Origin: Octopus sinensis
Taxonomy: Eukaryota
Reading direction: 5' to 3'
NCBI RefSeq assembly: GCF_006345805.1
Contig: NC_043008.1
Span: 52,142,001 to 52,206,000 of the forward strand
Length of the DNA: 64,000 nucleotides
Part shown: one piece after another, positions 25,701 through 38,559 of the stretch
How the letters are laid out: each line of letters opens with the position of its first letter
Numbering within the stretch: the first letter of the stretch is position 1
Notes under the pieces: model-generated
What the model was told of the DNA's origin: nothing
Seen by the model: the letters and a program-made list of their open reading frames with translations, nothing else
The model's database searches: none
Translations under genes and position numbers: made by a program

Positions 25701-26129
25701 GCTGTAAACTTAAAAATATTGAATCGCAATGTTCTGAGTTATATATTAGATTTGATAGGTTATTTTTTGGAAAGATGACTCATCTCAAAGTGGCTGTAGA
25801 AAACTTAGTAACAGTAATAAATAGTTTATCCTTATCTAATACAAGCCAAAGTTAACAAATTCACCATTCAAAATAGTTTCAAAGTAGTAAAAACATTAAT
25901 AACAAGTTCTACTCTGGAATTTTTAAATGAATAGCATGAGACCTTTTGGTTTACTCTTCTCTTAAATCCTGGCCTTCCTTTAGTATTTCCGTTGTTTTAG
26001 ATCGATGTATAGAATTATATATATATGTAAGTATACTGTAAAGTGTTAATGTGTATGTATAATATATAATATAAGGGAGATAATCAGAGAAAGTCTTGAA
26101 AGTCAACATAAGATCGTAAATATAACAAG

Positions 26130-26330
26130 TAATCCAGAATCCTTGTCCAGTACCAGATTGATCCCAAAATCTAACCAGTTCATACCAGTCACAAGGCCAA
26201 ACATCCTTGAAAGTTTCATCTGAATCCATCCAGCGGTTCTTGTGATATCTTGTCCACACACAAACAAACAAACAAACAAACAAATAGAACTGAAAACAAC
26301 ACTTCTGCCTTTGCTAAGGCGGAGGTGATA
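26130..26330 (+). mobile_element. Non-autonomous element with (ACAA)n and a terminal stem-loop (Helentron/HINE-like)
   Basis: CCAAAATCTAACCAGTTC..(AAAC)n..CTTCTGCCTT-TGCT-AAGGCGGAGG hairpin at 26302-26325. Confidence 0.45.
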
Positions 26331-26331
26331 A

Positions 26332-26725
26332 TCCTTTCTACTATAGCTACAAGGCCTGAAAACTGGGGAAACAGGTCTTGTCATAATATATTTGTCCCAG
26401 TGTTCAACTGGTACTCATTTCATTGACCCTTAAAGGATAGAAAGGAAAGTGGACCTTGGCAGGATTTGAACTCAGAATATAAAGATAGGTTAAAAGTTAC
26501 TAAGCATTTTGTCAAGTATGCTAACAATTCTGCCAACTCACATCCTTAATAGTCCTTTCTGCCATGGGCTCAAGGCCTAAATTTGGTGGGGAGAGAACTA
26601 ATCGATTACATGGACCCCAGTGTTTTACTGGTACTTAATTTATCAACCTCAGTGGAATTTGAACTCAGAATGTAGCAGCAGATGAATTACCGCTAAGCAT
26701 TTTGTCCAGTGTGCTAACAATTTTG
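26332..26725 (-). mobile_element. Two tandem SINE family A copies
   Basis: Two GAGTTCAAAT(C/T)C B boxes and two CTTTCTACTAT/CTTTCTGCCAT 3' ends. Confidence 0.75.
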
Positions 26726-27183
26726 CCAGCTCACCAACTTTGCTTCCTTAATAATAGTGATAATAATAACAAAGTAAATTAAAACAAAACAAATAATTTC
26801 TTTAAAATCTTTTTTTTAATTCTTAGAATTCTTTTTCAGTTAAAAATAATGACAAGTTATTCAATATATTATTTAAAAATTATTCATTAAGTTGTATATT
26901 TCTCAAATATTCTTTATAATGACATCAGCACAAATATAGCACAATTGGAACTAAACCAAGCTACACATACTATTAAATTATAAATTACAAATAATTTTAT
27001 TACTAACAATAGTATTAAAAAAATACAAAATGATCAAATGGCAAAAAACTTAGAAAATGGTATAGTTGACATAGAATCAAATATAAGAATAATAACAAAA
27101 AAAAACCCACTCAGGAAATACCATACAATTTCAAAAACTGGCGAAATTTGAAGAAAAATCTCAAATTGCTAAACATGGAAATT

Positions 27184-27520
27184 TTATCTGCATATATATT
27201 TGATAGGCTGTGTATAAAGTTCCTCAATATTAGGATTATTAAGATTGTCAATAGTTTGAGGAGGTTGAGCAGGTCTTCTTGGCTCTGGCATTGCATATAA
27301 ATCACAATCGACAGCTACAACAGATGCTGCGTCTGATTTTGAATCTATATTTTCATATACATCTAGAGAATCTTGTTGTAGAGTGCAAAATTCCAATCTG
27401 GGTTCACTGATAGCAACTGAATTAGTAGCTCGTATAGAGACACGGTTATTAACTTCACCAACGACTTGAAGAGTTGAGTTGTTATCTTTGTTTACTTTCT
27501 TGTTACTGGACACCTTATTT
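27184..27520 (-). CDS. Terminal exon of a type I membrane receptor: cytoplasmic tail with three Tyr motifs
   Basis: Acceptor ttgtatattgtctattgcag|A at 27520 (phase 2, joins the TM exon as AG|A = Arg); NKVSSNKKV..DVYENI..DLYAMP..ELYTQPIKYICR-stop. Confidence 0.75.
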
Positions 27521-27619
27521 CTGCAATAGACAATATACAAATGACTGAAACAAGTAAAAGAGTAAAAGAATATATATATTTGAGAAAATGAATTCATTTT
27601 TCAAATATATAGGACTTTC

Positions 27620-29055
27620 TATTTCTTATTCTACTATATATTCTAATATATATATATATATAGTTAATTAAATATGTCCTTTGAAAACAAGGTGTATCAG
27701 ATGTCTAAAAGGTGTCTAAAATATTTAGAGATTCATGAGAGTGATTATATATTAGTAAAACAGTGGAATAGTTATATCTTAAAAATCATGATAAAGATAA
27801 GTATATAATATTAGCAATATTGTATTAATAAATAAATATAGTACAGCTATAATTATTAAAAAGTTTAAAAGTTCTAATAATTATTTTGTGAATATACTTC
27901 CTTTTAAGATGAAATCTAAAGTTGATATTCATCGTTGAGACGTATATAAACTCATCAATTTGATGTTAACAATTATTATGCCTCTATACCACTGATCATA
28001 TTAATCAAAGCTGTAAATTAAGCCAGAAGTCTCTCTAATATTACACCACTTGAAATCGATATAATACTATTAGCTAGAAAAACACTTATTAAGTTTAATG
28101 ATAAATTATGGTACTATGCTACAAATAATAATTTATTTGATATCACCGTGGGATCTCCTGATTCTTTACAAGTTACAAACTTGGTAAGCTTAGACCTATT
28201 ACATAAGACTAGAAAATATTTTTCTTCTCTCAAAGGGGGATTATACAGAGATGATACTTTCTTGATATATAATGGCCGCTCCAAAAGAAAAATAGGAAAA
28301 ATAAGAACTCCATAATTTCTTTAAAAATTTTGTTTTATCTATTTCCTTTGAAGAAAGCTATTGTAAAGCAAATTTTTTAGATGTAACTCTGTATCTCATT
28401 GCTTCAACTTATTCTTCTTTCCACAAACCTAATGAATACCTAAAATATATAACCATTCTTTCAAACCATCATAAATCATTACTAAAGAACTGTATAAACA
28501 GTATATCTATTAGAATCTCATATTTTTCCTATAATGAAGAAATATTCAATAATCATGCAAACTATTATAATCAAGGTTTAGTTGTAAGTAGATTTAAGCA
28601 ACATATCAAATATATAAAAGATATAAAACTTAAGAATTATATAGCACAAATGGAACTAAACCAACCTACGCATACTATTAAATTATAAATTACAAATAAC
28701 TTTATTACTAACAATAATATTTAAAAAATACAAAATGATCAAACCTCCATAAAACATGGCAAAAAACTTAGAAAATGTTATAGTTGACATAGAATCAAAT
28801 ATAAGAATAATAACAAAAAAAAAAAACACACAGGAAATACCATACAATTTCCAAAATTAATTTATAACTATAATAAATCATCTAGAAATTATTTGGTACA
28901 CATCCCCATTTTCAATAAATGTTAAAGAACTCGCAAAAAAAAAAAATTTTTCTAAACATCGTAAAAAATAGTTTTCCTAATATCATAATAATATCACCAT
29001 ATATTTAATAGATCAACAATTAAAATTTCTTTTTCCACATTGCTGAACATAGTGA
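27620..29055 (+). mobile_element. Penelope-like element RT relic
   Basis: FDVNNYYASI, ARKTLIKFNDKLW, FDITVGSPDS, GGLYRDD, NFLDVTL, HKPNEYLKYI..SNH, and a later IFNRSTIKISFS linker; many frameshifts. Confidence 0.8.
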
Positions 29056-29059
29056 AATT

Positions 29060-30130
29060 GTGAGAGAGAAAAAAGTAGAGATTTCAGAGAGAAAAGAAAT
29101 TGAGAAGTGTCTGGCCCTCATCTGGCCAGAAATAACTTACATGGCCAGGGATACCAAATATGTCACAATGGAGGGAAGGTTCTTGTCAGAGGAAAAGGCC
29201 AAGCAACACTCTGTGGCCTCATTGTCTTTGGACAATATCATCCTCCTACCCTCCTACCTTAGAAGGCAGGCTTCCAGGGTAAGGGTGGAGGAGTTAGCAC
29301 CAGAGGTAGATGTTGCCTGGTTAGTGGCAGTGATAGTGTTGGACCTGGAAGAGAAGGGGACAATCCCCCAGGTTGTGAGAATACCTGAAAGGAACTGGCT
29401 GGGGCAAGGCCTGGAAATGGTCATCCAGGCTACCCTAGTAGACCTAAATGCTATCACAGAAACCATAGTGGTGGGTGATAGGAAACTGAGAGTAATGGTG
29501 GAGGGAAGGAGGCCTAGGTGCTTCAAGTGTGGCCAGAAAGGCCACATTACAGCTGAGTGTCCTCCTTGTCCTGCAAAAGTTGCAATGACTATACCGATGA
29601 AGACCACACTTCCACCCATTGAAGGATCAAAGTTGGAAGGAATACATGAACCAAAGGAAAAGAGGAAATAACAGAGGAGGGAACAGCAGTGAAGAGGAAG
29701 AAAAACAGAAAGTGGCAGAAGAGGATGCATACCAGTGGTGAGGATCCCCAGCCTGGACCCATCCTACCCCCAACCTCTCCTACCCCAACCCACCCTTCCC
29801 CCGTAGACACAAGACCTTGACATACCCTGCTAAGCACTGACCCTGTACCTATAAAAAAACAAGCAGTGCACATAGAAAGCAAACCTCCCAATCACCATCT
29901 CATGTGTGTGTGGGGGGGAACCCCTTTGTGGTATATAGTAAAGAGAATAAGAACTTAGTGAAAAAGCTTAAAAATATAAACAAATTGATAAAGAGTGACA
30001 TTTCTGAGGATTACCCCCTCATATGGAAGGGTGCTCATTGACAGTGGGCACATTCAAGAACTCAAAGAGGTGTTTGGGAAGAAAGACTGTGATTTGGAGG
30101 AAGAAGTGGAAACAGCTGGACTAAAAGATA
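29060..30130 (+). mobile_element. Tx1/L1-like LINE ORF1 relic (CCHC knuckle)
   Basis: ORF 29060-29671 ends ..LRVMVEGRRPRCFKCGQKGHITAECP; it begins where the PLE relic is cut off. Confidence 0.7.
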
Positions 30131-30530
30131 TGGTATGGTCATATAATTTGTTTAAACGGTTCAAATGAAAACTGTTTCATCCAGAATACACTATAAAAGA
30201 GTGTGGGGTTCAAGTTGCCATCATTCCATCTTCCATTTTTTTGCATTTCATTTTCATCAGTTTTTTCTTCCCCCCAATTTTGTGTTTTGTTCGTCTTTGT
30301 GCTGTCCCCTCTGTGTAAGACCCTCGTGGTTAGTTAAAAATAACTCACATTTATGGATTATGCACAGAAGAAGAAATAGATCAGAGGAATTCTATCTTTA
30401 TACAGCCATCACAGGTTTTTACCACAGATTTTTACCATGGACTTATTCTACTTTTTAGAGTTTTAGCTCAAATTTATACCAACACAGATATATGAATACC
30501 AATAATTTTTTAAACAACATTTTCCTCATT

Positions 30531-30728
30531 TGAGCAGACCTAAGTACCCCAAATATATCTTTAACAGAAAATTTTCGAAAAATTTTATCCTATATTAGAT
30601 GTAAATTTAATAGTGTTCTTTTCCGGACTCTCTCACTCTGTGAAAGTTTCTAGTTCGAATCACACGTGTCTCGAGATGTGCTGAAGATTTTCTATTTTGG
30701 ATATACTTGGGGTACTTAGGTCTGCTCA
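30531..30728. repeat. Inverted repeat with ~30-50 bp arms (MITE-like)
   Basis: TGAGCAGACCTAAGTACCCCAAATATATC pairs with GATATACTTGGGGTACTTAGGTCTGCTCA. Confidence 0.75.
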
Positions 30729-31086
30729 GGACTTAGTGCTTGCTTTTTCCATGGGTATGAGTAAGTATTTCATTTATGTCTTACGTATTTATCGCTGAGG
30801 AGGAGAAAATTCTTATGAATTAACTCTGAAATTGGGACCAATACGGTAATAATGGAATTTTTTAGAAACTTCTAATGGCTTGTTTCGAGATACGTGTTAA
30901 TAGTGATTAATTATAATGGTTATTGACAATTTGTCTATTTTCAGCATATTTGGCATTAGAATTTTTTTCTTTTGTCCTTATTTTATAAGTTATTTATAAA
31001 TTTAACCTTAAAGGTGTTTTTTAATGATAAAATTTTTTTCAAAAAATTTTATCCCATGTTAGATGTATATAAAATGTGACCTCGTG

Positions 31087-31272
31087 TGTACCGTTGCCGA
31101 TTTTTTTTTTCTCTGTCTTCCCTTCTCTGGATCTTTCCTTCTCCTATGTTTCCAACGAAGAGCTCCGCTCGAAACGTTAAACCCTCCTTCTTTCCTGAGC
31201 GTCCAATAATACTATATTTGTTCCACGTCCTCGCGTTGTTGTGTTTTTTTGTGCTTTCTTGTTTGGATTAAC
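31087..31272 (+). mobile_element. Hammerhead-carrying non-coding repeat (motif 31148-31182, core decayed to CCAACGA)
   Basis: GTTT CCAACGA A GAGC TCC GCTC GAAAC GTT AAAC; ends at (TA)n. Confidence 0.65.
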
Positions 31273-31296
31273 TATATATATATATATATATATATA

Positions 31297-31545
31297 TCAT
31301 CATCATCATCATCATCATCGTTTAACGTCCGTTTTCCGCGCTAGCACGGGTTGGACGGTTTCGACCGGGGTCTGGGGAGCTCGGGACTGCCCCAGGCTCC
31401 AGTCTAGTTTGGCAGTGTTTCTAAGCTGGATGCCCTTCCTAACGCCAACCACTCCGCGAGTGTAGTGGGTGTTTTTTACGTGCCACCTGCACAGGTGCCA
31501 GAGGGGTCTGGCATTGGTCACGTTCGGATGGTGCTTTTTATGTGG
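31297..31545 (-). mobile_element. RTE 3' end fragment
   Basis: (CAT)n-CGTTTAACGTCC..GGATGCCCTTCCTAACGCCAACC. Confidence 0.85.
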
Positions 31546-31559
31546 GGGGGGGGGGGTGC

Positions 31560-32150
31560 AGAAATATAGGGAAGCACCAGTGGGGAGGGGTGGTTCAGAG
31601 AAATGATGACAGGTTCTAGGCAAGTAGAACGTAGGATATCGAGAGAGGGGTAATGCATGGTGAAATAGCGTATTGAAGAGGGGGGGGGTTCGAAGAGTAG
31701 ACACCTATAATGGTGGTGGGAGAAGCGACATCCGGTATAGATGGAGCAAAAATATAGATATCCAGTATTGGTGGTGGGGGTGGGTAGGGCGGGTGCACCG
31801 CGAAGATACGAATGTTGATTAATACGAGGAGAAATGATATGAAATGAATAAGATTAGATAAGATAGACAGATAGAGAAATTTGATAAAATTATGAATGGT
31901 CAAAGATAGACAGAGAAATTTGATAAAATTATGGTAAAGAGTTGAAAATAGCAATTCAAAACACCTATCTTGTTCGCAAACGGAAATTCACAGCTTGTAG
32001 ATGAGAGAGAGAGAGAGAGAGAGAGATAGTACATGTGAATTAGAGAGAAAAGGCTTCAAGATGGCGCGAAGATACGAATGTTGATTAATACGAGGAGAAA
32101 TGATATGAAATGAATAAGATTAGATAAGATAGACAGATAGAGAAATTGAT
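31560..32150. repeat. Unclassified GA-rich interspersed repeat
   Basis: 31680-31800 resembles 39030-39160; 31800-31890 is duplicated at 32065-32150. Confidence 0.55.
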
Positions 32151-32152
32151 AA

Positions 32153-32189
<37 letters not shown>

Positions 32190-32214
32190 ATATATATACA
32201 TACATATACATACA

Positions 32215-32844
32215 TCATCATCATCATCATCATCATCATCGTTTAACGTCCGCTTTCCATGCTAGCATGGGTTGGACGGTTCAACTGGGGTCTGGGAAGC
32301 CCGAAGGCTGCACCAGGCCAGTCAGATGTGGCAGTGTTTCTACAGCTGGATGCCCTTCCTAATGCCAACCACTCCGAGAGTGTAGTGGGTGATTTTATGT
32401 GCCACCGACACAGGTGCCAGACGAGGCTGCAGACGGCCACGCTCGGATGGTGTTTTTTATGTGCCACCGACACAGGTGCCAGACGAGGCTGGCAGACGGC
32501 CACGCTCGGATGGTGTTTTTTATGTGTCACCGACACAGGTGCCAGACGAGGCTGGCGGACGGCCACGCTCGGATGGTGTTTGTTACGTGCCCTCAGCACG
32601 GAGGCCAGTCAATTGCGGTACTGGCTACGGTCACGTTCGGATGGTTTTCTTATGTGCCACCGGCACTGGTACCACAAGGATACAAATTCCATTGATGTTC
32701 ATCTATTTTGATTTGGTTCGATTTGATTCGATACGATTCGATTCTCACTTGCCTCAACAGGTCTTCACAAGTGTCACAAGAAGGAAGGTATGCACAGGTG
32801 GACTGACTACGTCCCAGGTAGGGGCCACGGATTATGGCTTCATA

Positions 32845-32850
<6 letters not shown>
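32215..32850 (-). mobile_element. RTE 3' UTR with ~60-bp internal tandem repeats
   Basis: About three to four TTTTATGTGCCACCGACACAGGTGCCAGACGAGGCTGGCAGACGGCCACGCTCGGATGGTG units. Confidence 0.85.
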
Positions 32851-32886
<36 letters not shown>

Positions 32887-33055
32887 ACATATGGTATGAT
32901 TATAAATGGCAGATTTTAGTCATTTTTCCACAGACTGAAAAAATGATGAACAACCTTAATTGATTTTTGAACCTTATTGGGTTCTTATCAGAGATATCTA
33001 GATCATTCTGACAGCCTTCAGAGAAACAAGAAGCCGAACTGTTTCATGCACACAT

Positions 33056-33090
<35 letters not shown>

Positions 33091-33544
33091 GCGCGCGCAC
33101 ACACACACACACAGAGGAATGCACATATACTCCACAACCCCACACACACATACATGTATACACTCACACACAGACGCATGCACACACTACATAGAAAATA
33201 CACACACACACACACAACATATACATGCACGCACACACACATACTTTAAACTGCCAGTTAAATACCTTTCTACTGACCACAACTACACAAAAGACTGCCT
33301 CTCTTGCTACTAAATACTTCCTACAACATTAAGCAACACAAAGTTCACTCACACATACACATATAAACAGCCAAAACCACACACACACACACAACAAATA
33401 CACACACCTATGCACACACACAACACATACACACAGACTTGCAGGCATGCACACACCCACACATACCTCCTTCTCGTACACTCTCTTGTCTTAGAAAGAA
33501 TTTTTTCTTTACCCATTTCCTTCTGGTCATTTCAAAATGCAACC

Positions 33545-33735
33545 ACATGTAAATCGTTGGCAAATTTCTTCCTCCGTCTTCCCTTCTATTGGACTTTTCC
33601 CTGTTTCTGAAGAAGAGTGTCTGCTTGAAACTTAAACAATCTTTCTTTCCTTTCCTGAGTGTCTGCTAATACATTACATGTACCACGTCCTCGTGTTGTT
33701 GCATTCTTTGTCTTTGTTCTCTTTTGGAATCACTA
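33545..33735 (+). mobile_element. Hammerhead-carrying non-coding repeat (motif 33603-33637, intact CTGAAGA core)
   Basis: GTTT CTGAAGA A GAGT GTCT GCTT GAAAC TT AAAC; paralog of 31087 and 15180. Confidence 0.65.
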
Positions 33736-33844
33736 TATATATATATATATATATATATGTAGGTCCCGGGTTGATCCGGGGTTAACCACAGTAAGTAAGG
33801 TACTCAATACATAGCAGAGTAAAATTAATTTATTATATAGAAGG

Positions 33845-33895
33845 AGCTTCTACAGGACTAGTACTGTTTCATTCAAGAGAAATCTTCAGGAAGCT
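33845..33895 (-). ncRNA. Type I hammerhead ribozyme (left-arm copy)
   Basis: Exact reverse complement of 37497-37547. Confidence 0.7.
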
Positions 33896-34055
33896 ATTTA
33901 ACAAGAATTGTATTAGCATTTATACATTTAGGCAGGTTTAAAGGAGTGGTGGTGGGGGACTTTTTTGGGGGTAGGCATAGCGCAAAATATCATACTTGGG
34001 GGAGTGGTCAGGGAGTCAGTGGTAAGTTAGATGAAAGAATAGATAAATAAAAAAT

Positions 34056-34086
<31 letters not shown>

Positions 34087-34225
34087 ATAAAAAAATAAAA
34101 AAATAAAAAAATAAAAAAATAAAATGTGTGCACATACATACATAAACACATATACATACACACACACATACGTACACATGTGTGCCTATACATACCTACA
34201 CATACACACATACATACATATATAT

Positions 34226-34261
<36 letters not shown>

Positions 34262-34587
34262 CACAATCAAATACAGGCCCATTCCCTAATTTTAATTTTA
34301 TTATCTTCATTTATTACTTTTGTTATCTTTGATCGCTAGGGCTAAGGATCCTGGCGATGGCAGCATGTCCAATTGTCTGTCTACTAGAAGGCAAGTACTC
34401 GTTCCCGCACGCACACTCATTAGCACGTACATACACCCATTCGTACACTCATACACATACACGTACGCACGCGTTATATTCATACATACAAACATCTACA
34501 TACGTTCACGTATATACACATACGTACTCGTACCTACAGATTCATGTCTACACTTTAGGAGGCTAGTCTATATATATACACCAATAA

Positions 34588-34638
<51 letters not shown>

Positions 34639-34703
34639 TACACACACACACACACATATATATACTCCTACATACAGATACATACCCATATATATATACA
34701 TAT

Positions 34704-34740
<37 letters not shown>

Positions 34741-34993
34741 CATACATATATATATATATATAATATATATATATATATACATACATACACACACACATAT
34801 ATATACACACACATACATACACATATATATACATACACAAACATATATACACACATATATATATATACATATATACACACATACATACACACACCTACAT
34901 ACATATACACACAAACACATACATACGTAAACATACATACATACATCCATACATCCATACTTACATGCATTTATACGCATACATACACCCCCA

Positions 34994-35079
<86 letters not shown>

Positions 35080-35698
35080 TACATATACAAATATACGCCC
35101 ACACATACATACATACACGTATACGCATACACGCACATACACATATACATGCGTACCCATACACGTGCACACACGCACATGCATCCATATATATACACAC
35201 ACACACACATATATACACGTGTGCAAGCATACATACATACTCATACACGCACACATACTTACATATACATATATGCACACACTTACACACATATATACAT
35301 ACACATATACATGCATACATACATATATGCATACATACACATACACGCACATACACATATACACATGCGTACCCATACACGTGCACGCACGCACGCGCAT
35401 CCATATATATACACACACACACACATATATATACACGTGTGCAAGCATACATACATACTCATACACGCGCACATACTTACATATACATATATGCACACAC
35501 TTACACACATATATACATACACATATACATGCATACATACATATATGCATACATACACACACGCGCACTCATATATACATATATATACATATATATATAT
35601 ACATATATACACATATATATATACATATATATACACAAACATATATATACACATATACACATACACATACATGCACACCTACACACACATACACATAC

Positions 35699-35729
<31 letters not shown>

Positions 35730-35819
35730 CACATATATACACATATACACATACATATATACACACATACATACATATACATACACACACACATACATAT
35801 ATACACGGATACACATACC

Positions 35820-35862
<43 letters not shown>

Positions 35863-36022
35863 GTATACACATGCATATACTTATATCTCTACATACTCAC
35901 ATATAAACATATATATATATACACACACACATATATATACATGTACACACACATACACATATACATACATATATACACATACACACATACATATATATAT
36001 ATATATACACATACACATATAT

Positions 36023-36063
<41 letters not shown>

Positions 36064-36078
36064 CCCCCACATATATAC

Positions 36079-36115
<37 letters not shown>

Positions 36116-36762
36116 TACATATACACATATACATGTATACATACGCAATAATGATACACATATATACACATACACACACACAGACAGATGCATATACATA
36201 CATATATATATATATAAATTACATATCTATATAAATACATACATAATACACATATACACACACAAATATACATACATATACATACACATATATATACATA
36301 TATATATATATACATATATATACATACATATACATATATATACACACACATACATACACATGCACATACATATACAAATATACATACACATACATACACA
36401 CACACGCGCGCACATACATATACACACACACATGTACAAATACATACATACACACATACACACACACACATATATATACATACATGTACACATATACATA
36501 TATATATATATCAACAAGGGAGGGTGAAGTTAATTAGTTATTAATCAAATTCACCAAGAATTCAGTATGTAAAGGGACCATTATTATTTTGAGTAAACAA
36601 TGTTAGAGGGAAAAAAATTCTCTAAGTAGTGGAAGAGGCTAAAAACCTTTATTGGCTGCTATTTCTAGAAAGTTTAGTATGTGGCAAAGTATGTGGCAAA
36701 GTATGTGGCAAATGGGTATGTATCTGTATGTAGGAGTATATATATGTGTGTGTGTGTGTGTA

Positions 36763-36817
<55 letters not shown>

Positions 36818-37139
36818 TTATTGGTGTATATATATAGACTAGCCTCCTAAAGTGTAGACATGAATCTGTAGGTACGAGTACGTATGTGTATATACGTGAA
36901 CGTATGTAGATGTTTGTATGTATGAATATAACGCGTGCGTACGTGTATGTGTATGAGTGTACGAATGGGTGTATGTACGTGCTAATGAGTGTGCGTGCGG
37001 GAACGAGTACTTGCCTTCTAGTAGACAGACAATTGGACATGCTGCCATCGCCAGGATCCTTAGCCCTAGCGATCAAAGATAACAAAAGTAATAAATGAAG
37101 ATAATAAAATTAAAATTAGGGAATGGGCCTGTATTTGAT

Positions 37140-37188
<49 letters not shown>

Positions 37189-37496
37189 GTGTATGTGTAG
37201 GTATGTATAGGCACACATGTGTACGTATGTGTGTGTGTATGTATATGTGTTTATGTATGTATGTGCACACATTTTATTTTTTATTTTTTTTTTTTTTTAT
37301 TTTTTATTTTTTTATTTTTTATTTTTTTTTTTTTTTTATTTTTTATTTATCTATTCTTTCATCTAACTTACCACTGACTCCCTGACCACTCCCCAAGTAT
37401 GATATTTTGCGCTATGCCTACCCCCAAAAAAGTCCCCCACCACCACTCCTTTAAACCTGCCTAAATGTATAAATGCTAATACAATTCTTGTTAAAT

Positions 37497-37547
37497 AGCT
37501 TCCTGAAGATTTCTCTTGAATGAAACAGTACTAGTCCTGTAGAAGCT
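37497..37547 (+). ncRNA. Type I hammerhead ribozyme (right-arm copy)
   Basis: Stem I AGCUUC/GAAGCU; core CUGAAGA; stem II UUC-UCUU-GAA; GAAA; stem III ACAG/CUGU with palindromic ACUAGU in the loop; GUA cleavage after 37541. Confidence 0.72.
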
Positions 37548-37563
37548 CCTTCTATATAATAAA

Positions 37564-37604
<41 letters not shown>

Positions 37605-37607
<3 letters not shown>

Positions 37608-38325
37608 TCATCATCATCGTTTAACGTCCATTTTCCTTACTAGCATGGGTTGGATGGTTCAACTGGGGTCTAGGAAGCCAGGATGCTGCACCAGGCTCCA
37701 GTCTGATCTGGCAGTGTTTCTACAGCTAGATGCCCTTCCTAACACCAACCACTCCGTGAGTGTAGTGGGTGCTTTCTATGTGCCACTGGGATGGACGCTA
37801 GTCAAGGCAGGGCTGGCATCAGCCATGTTCAGATGGTATTTTTTACATGCCACCGGCATGGGTATCACAGCTGCAATTTCCATATGATTTTTATTTGATG
37901 TTGATGTACTTGACTCAGTAGGTCTCCTCAAGCACAACAGGTTGTGCTACGATCCAAGGTGAGCACAGCAGACCATTCTGCGAGCCATGAACTCACTTCA
38001 TTTGTCGGGTCTTCACAGTCACAGCATATCTCCAGAGGTCTCGGTCTTTTGCTATTGCCTCTGAAAGGCCCAATGTTTGAAGGTCATGCTTGACCACAAG
38101 ATCTCATGTCTTCCTGGGTCTGCCTCTACCCCGGATTCCTTCAACTGTTTGGGAGTGGCACTTCTTCACACATCTCTCCTTATCCATCCATAGTACATGA
38201 CCATACCAACACAAAGGTCTCTCTTGCATGCCACATCCGATGCTTCTTATGTCCAACATTTCTGTCAGGGCGCTTACACTCTGTCGTGTGTGCACACTGA
38301 TATTACACATTCAGGCATGTTAAAA
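37605..38325 (-). mobile_element. RTE 3' end (ORF2 C-terminus plus UTR)
   Basis: CWYGHVLWMDKERCVKKCHSQTVEGIRGRGRPRKT; (GAT)n tail. Confidence 0.85.
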
Positions 38326-38559
38326 TTGTTGCCCCTACTGGAGGTGTTAGCAGCATTGTAAGCATAAGCATTATGGTCATCGTATGATGTAGATTCATGT
38401 GGTGTAGCAAAAGTATGGATATTCCAATGTTAGGTTAGGAGGGAGTCAGCTGAAACTGGTTGCGTTTGTCCGAATAGAGGGGGATTGCAGGTAACCACCA
38501 GCGGGGAAGGGTTCAGACAGAGAGAGAGGAAACAAGCTTATTCCTATATATACACAAGC

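Larger units (their letters stand above)
33824..37568. repeat. Large inverted duplication: arms 33824-34689 and 36712-37568 around a ~2-kb mostly microsatellite spacer
   Basis: Arms look identical by eye apart from microsatellite length; mirrored ORFs in the track (34320 vs 36639; 34008 vs 37095). Confidence 0.92.

Noticed and set aside
30165-30458. 97-aa plus ORF, an alternative hydrophobic frame, and a minus-strand GRWND lectin-like word
   Set aside because: Hydrophobicity is explained by T-rich composition, no cysteines for a C-type lectin fold, and it lies in the receptor intron.
34555-36517. Very long ORFs (up to 361 aa) rich in Y/I/H/T/C/V/M, and similar ORFs at 1.4, 8.7, 11 and 33 kb
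   Set aside because: They are translations of TA/CA/CATA microsatellites, which lack stop codons in several frames.
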